The notes under the pieces were generated by a model. That model was not told the origin of the DNA and searched no databases. It worked only from the letters and a program-made list of their open reading frames with translations. The position numbers were made by a program, and so were the translations under genes. Below, piece after piece: positions 12,007 to 20,124 of a stretch of 64,000 bases of DNA. Each line of letters opens with the position of its first letter. The first letter of the stretch is position 1. The stretch is taken from positions 165-64,164 of the forward strand of contig CAKSPO010000005.1 of the NCBI GenBank assembly GCA_934481515.1, in the 5' to 3' direction. The DNA is from an uncultured Eubacteriales bacterium (lineage in GTDB: Bacteria > Bacillota > Clostridia > Oscillospirales > CAG-272).

Positions 12007-12015
12007 TGTGGAAAA
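12007..12015 (-). promoter_or_regulatory. DnaA box
   Basis: TGTGGAAAA on the plus strand; convergent pair with box 11984-11992. Confidence 0.6.
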
Positions 12016-12092
12016 TACGGAAAAGTGTTGTTGAAAGGGGAAAAGGAGGAGGGGGAAATGCCGCCGGGGTGTTGGTTCGTATTTCTTAGAAA

Positions 12093-12132
12093 CGGGCGGG
12101 TGGACCCCGCGCAGGCTTTGCCTGCTTCCTAC
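12093..12132 (-). repeat. REP core, long form
   Basis: Reverse complement reads gtaggaagcaggcaaagcctgcgcggggtccacccgcccg. Confidence 0.8.
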
Positions 12133-12284
12133 CGAGGTAGAGGGGATTCCGACGTTTGACGGGAGCCGGAGCGGAATGTGTAGATGGGATTTTTAGCCCG
12201 GCGAAAGCCGATAAGAAAATGAAAATGACCGCAATGAAAACGGTTTTTCCGGCGTTGTACGAGCGTTCCGGTTTAATCAACTCG

Positions 12285-12308
12285 GTAGGGGCGGGGTCTA
12301 CCCGCCCG
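12285..12308 (+). repeat. REP core, short form
   Basis: gtaggggcggggtctacccgcccg. Confidence 0.85.
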
Positions 12309-12434
12309 TTTGTAAATGGTTTTGAGGTACATCTGGTAGAGGCACCAACAAGCGCCGCCCGATTGTTCGATTCGCCGCGTTGTAAATGGGCACCCGTTTC
12401 CGAGGGAAAAAAACGGAATGTTCGTGCGGATTTT

Positions 12435-13835
12435 TCAGGAAAGTCCGGCGATTTCTTTTTTCAGGTCTCCTATTTCCAATGCAAAGGAAGGATCCTGTGC
12501 GATTTTGGTCAGTACAAGGTTGTAGGAAGAGATGATGGTGGAATGGTCGCGGTCAAACAGCTTTGCGATTCCGGGAAAAGACATTTCGGTCAGTTCACGG
12601 ATCAGATAGATGGTGGTGTGTCTTGCCGAAGCAATCTCTTTGTTCCGTTTGCTTCCGGTCAGATCTTCTTTGGAAATGCCGTATTTGTTGAATACGGCGG
12701 TGAAAACCTTATCAACCGTAATTCCGACTGGTTCCGCACCTCCGAGAAGTTCGGAAATGCACTCATGTGCCAGCTCCATGGTGATTTCTTTTCCGGAAAG
12801 AAAGCTCAGGGCGCCGAGCTTTTTAATGGCTCCTTCAATCTGGCGGATGTTGGAGCGGAGATTTTCGCCGAGAAAATTCAGCACATCGTCCGGAATGGAG
12901 ACGTTGACCTGTGCCGCTTTGTTTTTGATGATGGCGATTCTAAGTTCCAGATCCGGCGGTTCGATATCGGCAAGCAGTCCCCACTCAAAGCGGGTCTTGA
13001 GACGATCCTCCAGCGTTTTGATGTCCCGCGGGGGGCGGTCGGAGGTCAGAATGATTTGTTTTTTTTCGTCATACAGACGGTTGAATGTGTGGAAGAATTC
13101 CTCCTGCGTGGAAATTTTGCCCGCGATGAACTGAATATCATCGATCAGGAGCACATCGCAGTTCCGGTATTTGTTCCGGAAATCCTCCATCGTTTTGTTG
13201 GCAAGGCAGGAAATCATCTGGTTGGTAAAATCCTCGCCCTTGGTATACATGATTTTGATGTTTGGATTTTTTTGTTTGAGCCGGTTGATGGTAGCATACA
13301 GAAGGTGCGTTTTTCCGAGTCCGCTGTTGCCGTAAATGAACAGAGGGTTATAGTTGGTTGCCGGATGCTCCGCCACGGCGACGCAGGCGGCATGTGCAAA
13401 CTTGTTGGTGCTTCCGACAATGAAATTTTCAAAGGTATACTCGAAATTGTAGGTCGGCAGGTTTTCCGTTTCCGGATCCGATTCTTTTTTCTGGGAAAGA
13501 CCGATCACGGGACTGCGCATCTCGTCCGATGCGGAGGAGGAACCTGTGAACGAAAGCCGCACCCGGACATCAAAGCCGAGCAGACGGCAAAATGCTTTCC
13601 GGATGTCCTCCAGATATTTGTCCCGGACGATCCGGTATTTGAATTCGGATTCGATTCCCATACTGACCACGTAATCCGGATCCTCGTCCTTTTCCTTCGG
13701 TTCCTCCCTGAAGGAAAGAATGGAGATTTCCCCGAACCAAAGGTTGATGGAGGTTTCCGAAAGTTTTTCGCGGAAGGAGTCCTTTACCATATTCCAGACT
13801 TCCTGTATTTCCTCTGTGTAATTCTGATCTTTCAT
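12435..13835 (-). CDS. dnaA: Chromosomal replication initiator DnaA
   Basis: 466 aa; Walker A GNSGLGKTHLL, Walker B LLIDDIQF, domain IV ..RNKEIASARHTTIYLIRELT; RBS AAGGAG upstream. Confidence 0.97.
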   Translation of the reverse strand: MKDQNYTEEIQEVWNMVKDSFREKLSETSINLWFGEISILSFREEPKEKDEDPDYVVSMGIESEFKYRIVRDKYLEDIRKAFCRLLGFDVRVRLSFTGSSSASDEMRSPVIGLSQKKESDPETENLPTYNFEYTFENFIVGSTNKFAHAACVAVAEHPATNYNPLFIYGNSGLGKTHLLYATINRLKQKNPNIKIMYTKGEDFTNQMISCLANKTMEDFRNKYRNCDVLLIDDIQFIAGKISTQEEFFHTFNRLYDEKKQIILTSDRPPRDIKTLEDRLKTRFEWGLLADIEPPDLELRIAIIKNKAAQVNVSIPDDVLNFLGENLRSNIRQIEGAIKKLGALSFLSGKEITMELAHECISELLGGAEPVGITVDKVFTAVFNKYGISKEDLTGSKRNKEIASARHTTIYLIRELTEMSFPGIAKLFDRDHSTIISSYNLVLTKIAQDPSFALEIGDLKKEIAGLS

Positions 13836-13878
13836 CCCGGAGACTCCTTTCGGAAAAACAGCATATTATAATATTTAT

Positions 13879-13907
13879 ATTATAGCATAAATATATAATA
13901 AATGCAA
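13879..13907 (-). promoter_or_regulatory. Candidate dnaA promoter
   Basis: Minus strand reads TTGCAT, 17 nt, TATAAT, inside a very A+T-rich stretch (13860-13990). Confidence 0.5.
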
Positions 13908-14079
13908 GTTTTCTTTTTTGAAAACAGGAAAATTTACAAAAAATTTGATTATAGGAAAGAAAAAAAGAACCGATACCATGAAATTCGGAAAAAATTCAGA
14001 ACTCCGGGGAGAACATGGCCGCGGTTTTTGCAATGGGCGGTGGAATGATGACGGGATGGTTGTGCAGGTTCCATAGAGG

Positions 14080-14119
14080 CGGGCGGGTTGACCCCGCGCG
14101 GGCAAAGCCGGTTTCCTGC
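14080..14119 (-). repeat. REP core, long form, degenerate head
   Basis: Reverse complement reads gcaggaaaccggctttgcccgcgcggggtcaacccgcccg (GCAG instead of GTAG). Confidence 0.65.
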
Positions 14120-14161
14120 GGACATAGAAGAGTTTTTTTGTTCAGCGGAAGCCGGAAGCGG

Positions 14162-14407
14162 AGTGGAAAGTTATCGTTTTGCAAAACAGCAAAAATTCCA
14201 TGATACAGTTCACACCTCATCCGCCGCTGACGCGGTTCCCCTGTCTCGCTGCGGCTCGGGCACACTCGGGTTCTGACAGTCCCCCGGACTGTCATTCATT
14301 ACCCTCGTGCCGCTTCGCTACCCACTGGAGAAGGCTTTGGGGTAAATGCCCCTTGCATAAAAAACTATGCTGATTGCCGTGGGCATGTTCGGCTTTCATT
14401 CCTTTCC
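14162..14407 (+). repeat. Module C, copy 2 (conserved arms, 97-nt centre)
   Basis: The left 62 nt and right ~86 nt match copy 1 (5341-5511); the centre (14224-14320) differs and contains the hairpin TGACAGTCC-CCCG-GACTGTCA. Confidence 0.75.
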
Positions 14408-14495
14408 CGCAAAAATGTCAAACCAAAACGAAAAATGCAGGGATAAAAAACAATTTTTCCGGCGGTGCACAAACGTTCCGGTTTTTTCTGATTCC

Positions 14496-14519
14496 GTAGG
14501 GGCGGGGTCAACCCGCCCG
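14496..14519 (+). repeat. REP core, short form
   Basis: gtaggggcggggtcaacccgcccg. Confidence 0.85.
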
Positions 14520-14653
14520 TTCGTGAAGGGGTTGCGGTACATCGGGCAGGGGCACCAAGGAACGCATCCGATTGGTCAATTACCGCATTACAAAGAAAAA
14601 TAAAATCCGGCGGGGTAGATGTTGCCGGGGTGGTTGTGCGAATTTCTTAGGAA

Positions 14654-14677
14654 CGGGCGGGTTGACCCCGCCCCTAC
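14654..14677 (-). repeat. REP core, short form
   Basis: Reverse complement reads gtaggggcggggtcaacccgcccg. Confidence 0.85.
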
Positions 14678-14753
14678 GGTGTGTAGAGGAAATTTTTTAT
14701 TCAGCAGAAGCCGGAAACATGCCGCCGGGATGGTTGTGCGGGTTCCTTAGAAG

Positions 14754-14793
14754 CGGGCGGGTAGACCCCGCGCGGGCAACGCCCGTTTCCTAC
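14754..14793 (-). repeat. REP core, long form
   Basis: Reverse complement reads gtaggaaacgggcgttgcccgcgcggggtctacccgcccg. Confidence 0.8.
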
Positions 14794-14934
14794 GAGGGAG
14801 AAGAAAATTTTTTGTTCAGCAGAAGCCGGAAACGTAATGTCAAATAGAATTTTTTCACCCGGCGGGAATCGAAAATACCGCAATGAAAAACGGTTTCCCG
14901 GCGTTGCACAAGCATTCCGGTTCCCCCTCAGTTG

Positions 14935-14974
14935 GTAGGATGCAGGCAAAGCCTGCGCAGGGTCTGCCCGCCCG
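14935..14974 (+). repeat. REP core, long form
   Basis: gtaggatgcaggcaaagcctgcgcagggtctgcccgcccg. Confidence 0.8.
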
Positions 14975-15115
14975 TTTGCGGAGGTTTTGCGGTACATCTG
15001 GCAGGGGCACCAATGTGCGTCTTTTAAGGAGCGGTTTTTCGTATTACAAAAACAAATCCGGCGGGGGAATGCCCGCTCGTTTCTGAAAAGTCTGTACAAT
15101 CATTCCCGTAAAGCA

Positions 15116-17314
15116 TTAAGTACGGTCGGAGCGGAAAAGAACCGCGGAAAGAGCAAGCAGAAGGACAGGAAGGAAAAGAAACAGGAGAGAAAACAGCGCG
15201 CAGGCTCCGTCCGTGACGGTCAGGGAGGCGGAGAAAATCTGTTTTCCTTCCGTCCTGATTTCTCTGTAATCGGTTTCGGCAAGCGCGGAAAGTCCGTTTT
15301 TCAACAGGTGATAATTGGACTGTTCCGAAAGAAAATCCGCTACCTCGCTGACGGAATCCTCGGAGGAGAGCCAGATGAGCGTGGAGTCTTCTTTTTTTGC
15401 AATTGCACCGCAGACCAGTGTCTCTGCTGTTTCTTCCGTTGTTCCGTCCTCTTTTTGACGGTTCGCCTTTTCCGAACTGTAAATCCACGGTGTGACGGTT
15501 GCTAAAGTGTCGGGAAGAAGCCGGATGGGAGAGGCGGCGGAAACAAAGAAGCGTCCGTCAAAATCTCCGGTGTATATGCCGGATGAGACGTGTGCAAAAA
15601 ACAGATATCCGCTTTCCTGCTCTTCTGCGGGAAGATAGGAGGCATCCTTTTCGCAGATGAGAAAGGTATCGTTTTCCAACCCCATTCCGTAGTTTTCCAG
15701 CACCTCTGACAGATTCGGAAAGTCTGCCTTTTCGGTCAGGTGGGATGTGGTAAGAAAGAGATTCCCGCCGGAGGAAAGATATTTTTTCAGCAAAACGGTT
15801 TCGTCCTTGTCCGGGTCCTCCTTTGGGGCATGCAGGATCAGCAGGCTGCAATCGGCGGGTATTTCGGCAAGGGAGGAGATTGGAATCAGGTCAAATCCGG
15901 CGGAGGCGACCGATTGCAAAAATGCGTCATCCGGGACTTCAAAGGTTTCGTTTTTCAGATAACAGGCGGTGGAGAGAGTGGAGGTTACATAGAGGATGGC
16001 GTTGGAAAGTGCGGAATCTCCGTCAAAATAAGCTTTCGTGCAGGCGGCGGATTCGTACAGTGTTCTGCCGCAGGAAACCAGTGCGGGGTTCAGTCCTTCC
16101 GCCGAACCGCTCTCCGCATAGGAAAAGAAGGCGGAGAGAAAGGAGAGGTAGAGATCGGACGAAAGATCCGCTTTCAGTACCGAATTATAATAGTGGTACA
16201 GGGAGGAGGGAGGCAGAATCCGGTAGCGGTTGCCGGAGGAAACGATCAGGCTCTGGTTTTCCACCGTCGTGGCGGAAGAAATATCCTCGGGAATTTCTTC
16301 CGGCAGGATCAGTCGGAGACGGATGTGCGGATTCTGCTCCGCAAAGCGCGAAAAAAAAGTGTAAAGATCTGCGTCTGCGTCCCGGATGCCGCGCGTACAG
16401 ACATAAGATAGTGTCACGTCGGTGTCAAGCTTTTTCAAAAGCGTTTCGGTGGATTCCGAAAGAGAAAACGTATCCTTTCCGGTTACGTCCGGGTGCAGAA
16501 TCCGATCCGGAAGCAGCAGGAAGGCGGCATTGAGCAGAAGAAAAACGATTGCGCCGGCAACGGTGCCGATTCCGCGCATCGAAGGATGGCGGATCGGTTG
16601 GTGAAGAAGCACGGCGAGGAGCAGAAACAGCGCAGCTCCGCTCACAAAGAAGAAGGTGCCGGAGAGGCTGAAACGACCGTGCAGAAAGCCTTCTGTTCCG
16701 AATAGGTATCCAAGATAGGATGCGGCGGGAAAGAGTCTTACAGAGGCGCAGACGCGCCACAGAAGCGACGCGAGCGTAAGAACTCCCCCACAGACGAAAA
16801 CGGAGACGCGACCGGAGAAAAAAGAAAAAGAAAAGAGGAAAACGGAAATCAGAAACGCGCCGTAAAGAAGCAGACCGAACAGAGAAACATAAGCGGAAGA
16901 CAGAGAGAGTGTGCCGAAAAGAGACAGGAACAGCGGAAAGGTGCACAAAAACAGCATGGGGACGAGAAAGAGCGTCAGGTCTGCAAAGTAAGTACCGAGA
17001 ATAGAGCGGGTGAAAGATTCACGGGATGCCGGGTGCCCCGCTTTTTCCGAGGAGGTGCATCGTTCATTTTTCCGGGGGGCAGGCGAGCACCTTTTTTCGG
17101 ACATATCCGCCGCGCTGAGGGTCAGCCAGAGACCGAGGAACAGGGGAATCAGAAAAGAAAATCCTTCCAGCGAATACAACAGGTCTCCGTATCCCGTTTT
17201 CAGCTGAAACAGAATGATGAAAATTCCGGAAAAAATCAGAAAAAGTGTTGCCGGAATCAAATAAAAAAAGGAACGCCGCATACGCCGCAATTCTGTTCTG
17301 TAAGAGTTTTTCAT
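15116..17314 (-). CDS. Polytopic membrane protein: ABC-2/GldF-like permease region fused to a GldG-like (ABC-transport auxiliary) extracytoplasmic domain
   Basis: 732 aa; about 8 N-terminal TM segments, then a soluble region starting DVTGKDTFSLSESTETLLKKLDTDVTLSYV.. (GldG-like), then a C-terminal TM anchor; family call rests on sequence resemblance only. Confidence 0.5.
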   Translation of the reverse strand: MKNSYRTELRRMRRSFFYLIPATLFLIFSGIFIILFQLKTGYGDLLYSLEGFSFLIPLFLGLWLTLSAADMSEKRCSPAPRKNERCTSSEKAGHPASRESFTRSILGTYFADLTLFLVPMLFLCTFPLFLSLFGTLSLSSAYVSLFGLLLYGAFLISVFLFSFSFFSGRVSVFVCGGVLTLASLLWRVCASVRLFPAASYLGYLFGTEGFLHGRFSLSGTFFFVSGAALFLLLAVLLHQPIRHPSMRGIGTVAGAIVFLLLNAAFLLLPDRILHPDVTGKDTFSLSESTETLLKKLDTDVTLSYVCTRGIRDADADLYTFFSRFAEQNPHIRLRLILPEEIPEDISSATTVENQSLIVSSGNRYRILPPSSLYHYYNSVLKADLSSDLYLSFLSAFFSYAESGSAEGLNPALVSCGRTLYESAACTKAYFDGDSALSNAILYVTSTLSTACYLKNETFEVPDDAFLQSVASAGFDLIPISSLAEIPADCSLLILHAPKEDPDKDETVLLKKYLSSGGNLFLTTSHLTEKADFPNLSEVLENYGMGLENDTFLICEKDASYLPAEEQESGYLFFAHVSSGIYTGDFDGRFFVSAASPIRLLPDTLATVTPWIYSSEKANRQKEDGTTEETAETLVCGAIAKKEDSTLIWLSSEDSVSEVADFLSEQSNYHLLKNGLSALAETDYREIRTEGKQIFSASLTVTDGACALFSLLFLFLPVLLLALSAVLFRSDRT

Positions 17315-17607
17315 AAAATGAGATCTCCTTTCCGCGGAATTTTTAGAATTTTGTTGGCTTGAGGTTTTATTTTTTGTGTTTTGGGGTGTTGAAATTACGC
17401 TTTTGAAACCGGGAAGCTGTTCTTCCGGCGTTTTTCAGTCGGATGCAGGCGTAAAATCCCATTCTTTATATCCTATGATATCCTATGCTACACTCTTTTT
17501 GTGTAAACCACTTGAACCTGATTTGATTTTTTTCTGATTCTGATGCAACCGGAATCGTGGCGGCGGACGGGGAAGCTGCCGGGATGGTTGTGCGGGTTCC
17601 TTAGAGG

Positions 17608-17647
17608 TGGACGGGTGGACCCTGCGCGGGCAACGCCCGTTTCCTAC
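17608..17647 (-). repeat. REP core, long form, degenerate
   Basis: Reverse complement reads gtaggaaacgggcgttgcccgcgcagggtccacccgtcca. Confidence 0.65.
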
Positions 17648-17801
17648 GAGGGAGATGGTATTTTTTCGTCCGGCGGAAGCCGGATGCGTAATGACAAATA
17701 GGATTTTTTCGCCCAGCAGAAGCCGATAAGAAAATGAAAATGACCGCAATGTAAAACAAATTTTCCGGCGTTGCGCAAGCGTTCCGGTTCCCTTTCAATT
17801 G

Positions 17802-17841
17802 GTAGGATGCAGGCAAAGCCTGCGCAGGGTCTGCCCGCCCG
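17802..17841 (+). repeat. REP core, long form
   Basis: gtaggatgcaggcaaagcctgcgcagggtctgcccgcccg (same sequence as 14935-14974). Confidence 0.8.
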
Positions 17842-18008
17842 TTTGTGCGAATTTTGCGGTACAGCGGACAGGGGCACCAGCGAACGCATCCGATTGTCCG
17901 ATTTACCGCGTTGTAAATGGGCACCCGTTTCCGGCAGGCGCGGGAAGAGGAAAAAATCTTTTATCATTCCGAAGCCAAAGAGGAAAAGAATTTTTTATCG
18001 TGGAGGAG

Positions 18009-18060
18009 ACAAAACGGCAGGCACCCCTGCATGGAGTGCCTGTCGTTTGGTTTTTTTTTT
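18009..18060 (-). terminator. Bidirectional hairpin terminator after the ABC operon
   Basis: Stem GGCAGGCAC/GTGCCTGTC (about 18016-18045), flanked by AAAA on one side and a T10 run on the other; directly downstream of the permease stop. Confidence 0.6.
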
Positions 18061-18069
18061 GAAAGGATA

Positions 18070-19002
18070 TCAGCGATCCTCGCGGAAGTAGGAAAGCCCC
18101 AGTGCTTTCGGAGGCTGGTTTTCCCGCTTGTTGCGGATGCTGGTGATGATGAGAACGATGACCGTAACGACGTACGGGAGCATTTTGAGAATGTCCTTCT
18201 GTGCGAAGGAGATGCCGGGGATGTAGGAACTGACGTTGTAGAGAATTCCGAACACGATGGAGCCGAAAATACCGATGTGAGGCTTCCAGACCGTGAAAAT
18301 GACCAATGCGATGGCAAGCCATCCGATGGCTTCGATTGCGTACTCCCAGCAGCCGTAGAGGTTGTCCATGATGTAGCAGAGTCCTCCAAGCCCGGCGATG
18401 CCGGAGCCGATGAAGGTTGCCGTATAACGGTAGAGGGAGATATTGATGCCGGCGGCGTCTGCCGTTGCGGGATTTTCTCCGACGGCGCGGAGCTGGAGTC
18501 CTACGCGGGTCTTACCCAGGACGAAGGAGACGACAAGCGCAATGGCAATGGCAAGATAGACCATGATTCCGTAGGAGAGGAACAGATCACCGAACCAGCC
18601 GAGCTTTGAGGCGGCGGGAATCAGGGTGGAGAAATACTTTGCCGCAAAGGCGAAGGAACCGGTTTTTCCGATGATGAATTCGGTAATACCGGCGCCAAAT
18701 GTGGTCAGCACAAGACCTGTGACGTTCTGGTTGGCGCGGAGGGTGACGGTCAGGAAGCAGTAGATCAGACCGAGAATCGCTCCGCCCGCAAAAGACGCGA
18801 GAATGGAAATCAGAACGGTCAGAAAGGGCGGCATTCCCTTTCCGCAAAGATAGATTGCCGCGCACCCGGTGGCAGCTCCTACCGACATGATGCCGGGAAT
18901 ACCGAGGTTCAGGTGTCCGGATTTTTCGGTCAGGGTTTCTCCCGTGGAGCCGAGCAGGAAGGTCATACCGTATTTGATGGCTTCTACCAGAAATGAAATC
19001 AT
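18070..19002 (-). CDS. ABC transporter permease (BMP/nucleoside-type, second permease)
   Basis: 310 aa, polytopic; LGIPGIMSVGA and GENPATADAAGINI motifs typical of this permease family; in operon with ATPase and BMP lipoprotein. Confidence 0.85.
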   Translation of the reverse strand: MISFLVEAIKYGMTFLLGSTGETLTEKSGHLNLGIPGIMSVGAATGCAAIYLCGKGMPPFLTVLISILASFAGGAILGLIYCFLTVTLRANQNVTGLVLTTFGAGITEFIIGKTGSFAFAAKYFSTLIPAASKLGWFGDLFLSYGIMVYLAIAIALVVSFVLGKTRVGLQLRAVGENPATADAAGINISLYRYTATFIGSGIAGLGGLCYIMDNLYGCWEYAIEAIGWLAIALVIFTVWKPHIGIFGSIVFGILYNVSSYIPGISFAQKDILKMLPYVVTVIVLIITSIRNKRENQPPKALGLSYFREDR

Positions 19003-19005
19003 ACT

Positions 19006-20124
19006 TTATGCCTCCTTTTCCGTTTTGCGAAAGACGAGCCGGTAGTTGATGAAGAACTCACAGCCAATGATGAAAAACAGAATCAGTGCCGTTGTGATGT
19101 CGGAGATGTTGTCCAGACGGAAATCGGTCTTGAGCTGCATGGAGCCTGCCTCCAGAAAGACGATCAGGAATGAGGTCAGCACCATGGAAAGCGGATTGAA
19201 CTTGGCAAGCCAGGAGACCATGATTGCCGTGAATCCCCTGCCCCCGGCGCTTCCCGTGGAGACGGTGTGGTTCATTCCGCCGGCGATAATCAGACCTGCG
19301 AGACCGCAGATGGCACCGGAGAGCAGAAGCGTGCGGATGATGACCTTTTTGACATTGATGCCGACATAGCGTGCGGTGTTTTCGCTTTCGCCGACAACGG
19401 AAAGCTCATACCCGTGCTTGCTGTAACGGAGGTAGATGTAGATGAGAATTGTGACGGCGACCACCACAAGGCAGTTCAGCACGTACTCGTTATAAACGGT
19501 CGGGAAACCGTACTCGTGCATCGGTTTGAGCGTTCCGGAGCCGTTTTTGACCCACACGTCGATGAAAAACGCAACCAGCTGAATGGCGATGTAGTTCATC
19601 ATCAGCGTGAACAGCGTTTCATTGGTGTTCCACTGTGCCTTGAAGAACGCCGGGACGAACGCCCAGAGTGCGCCCGCTCCGATGCTTGCCACGGTCATCA
19701 GAACCCACAAAAGCCCCTGCGGGATCTTTCCTCCGAGATAGAACATACAAGCCGTTGCGGCAAGGGCGCCGACCAGAACCTGCCCCTCTCCGCCGATGTT
19801 CCAGAAGTGCATCCGGAACGCGGGCGTCAAAGCGACCGCGACGCAGAGCAGGATGGAGACGGAATACAGATTTGCAAAAATCAGGTTTTCCGTTCCGAAG
19901 TTTCCTTTGAGCATGGAGCGGAAATAGCGGATGGGGGTGACCCCGGAGAAGAGAAACACGATCAGTGCGCAGAGCAGGATCGCCAGAACGACTGCAATCA
20001 CACGGATCAGCGCTGCCTTCCAGCCCGGAATGGCATCCCGCTTGACGACATGGAACAGCGGTTCCCTTTTTTTCTTTTCAACGGTTTTCATGAGAATCGC
20101 TTCCTTTCTTTCCGAGTCCGCCAA
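19006..20124 (-). CDS. ABC transporter permease (BMP/nucleoside-type, first permease)
   Basis: 372 aa, polytopic; NIGGEGQ and VVGESENTARYVGINV motifs; start may be an internal Met. Confidence 0.85.
   Translation of the reverse strand: MADSERKEAILMKTVEKKKREPLFHVVKRDAIPGWKAALIRVIAVVLAILLCALIVFLFSGVTPIRYFRSMLKGNFGTENLIFANLYSVSILLCVAVALTPAFRMHFWNIGGEGQVLVGALAATACMFYLGGKIPQGLLWVLMTVASIGAGALWAFVPAFFKAQWNTNETLFTLMMNYIAIQLVAFFIDVWVKNGSGTLKPMHEYGFPTVYNEYVLNCLVVVAVTILIYIYLRYSKHGYELSVVGESENTARYVGINVKKVIIRTLLLSGAICGLAGLIIAGGMNHTVSTGSAGGRGFTAIMVSWLAKFNPLSMVLTSFLIVFLEAGSMQLKTDFRLDNISDITTALILFFIIGCEFFINYRLVFRKTEKEA

Larger units (their letters stand above)
11462..12040. other. oriC candidate (dnaA-dnaN spacer with DnaA-box cluster and A+T-rich tracts)
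   Basis: At least 6 DnaA-box-like 9-mers, each with 1-2 mismatches to TTATCCACA; A+T-rich runs at about 11581-11615, 11740-11765 and 11900-11945; no credible CDS. Confidence 0.75.
12052..12405. repeat. REP/REPIN-like repeat block R3 (between the DnaA-box cluster and the dnaA stop)
   Basis: Cores at 12093 (long, minus) and 12285 (short, plus); tandem hairpin units; conserved spacer CCGCGTTGTAAATGGGCACCCG. Confidence 0.85.
14040..15085. repeat. REP/REPIN-like modular repeat block R4 (largest; upstream of dnaA)
   Basis: 5 cores (14080, 14496, 14654, 14754, 14935), doublet 14496-14677, module C copy 2, tandem hairpin units. Confidence 0.85.
17565..17935. repeat. REP/REPIN-like repeat block R5
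   Basis: Cores at 17608 (long, minus, degenerate) and 17802 (long, plus); tandem units; spacer CCGCGTTGTAAATGGGCACCCG. Confidence 0.85.

Noticed and set aside
11549-12034. ORFs 11549-11788, 11557-11991, 11675-12034 and 11688-11936 in the dnaA-dnaN spacer
   Set aside because: They are Lys/Phe-rich translations of A/T-rich origin DNA, overlap one another on both strands, and are interrupted by DnaA boxes. They are not coding.
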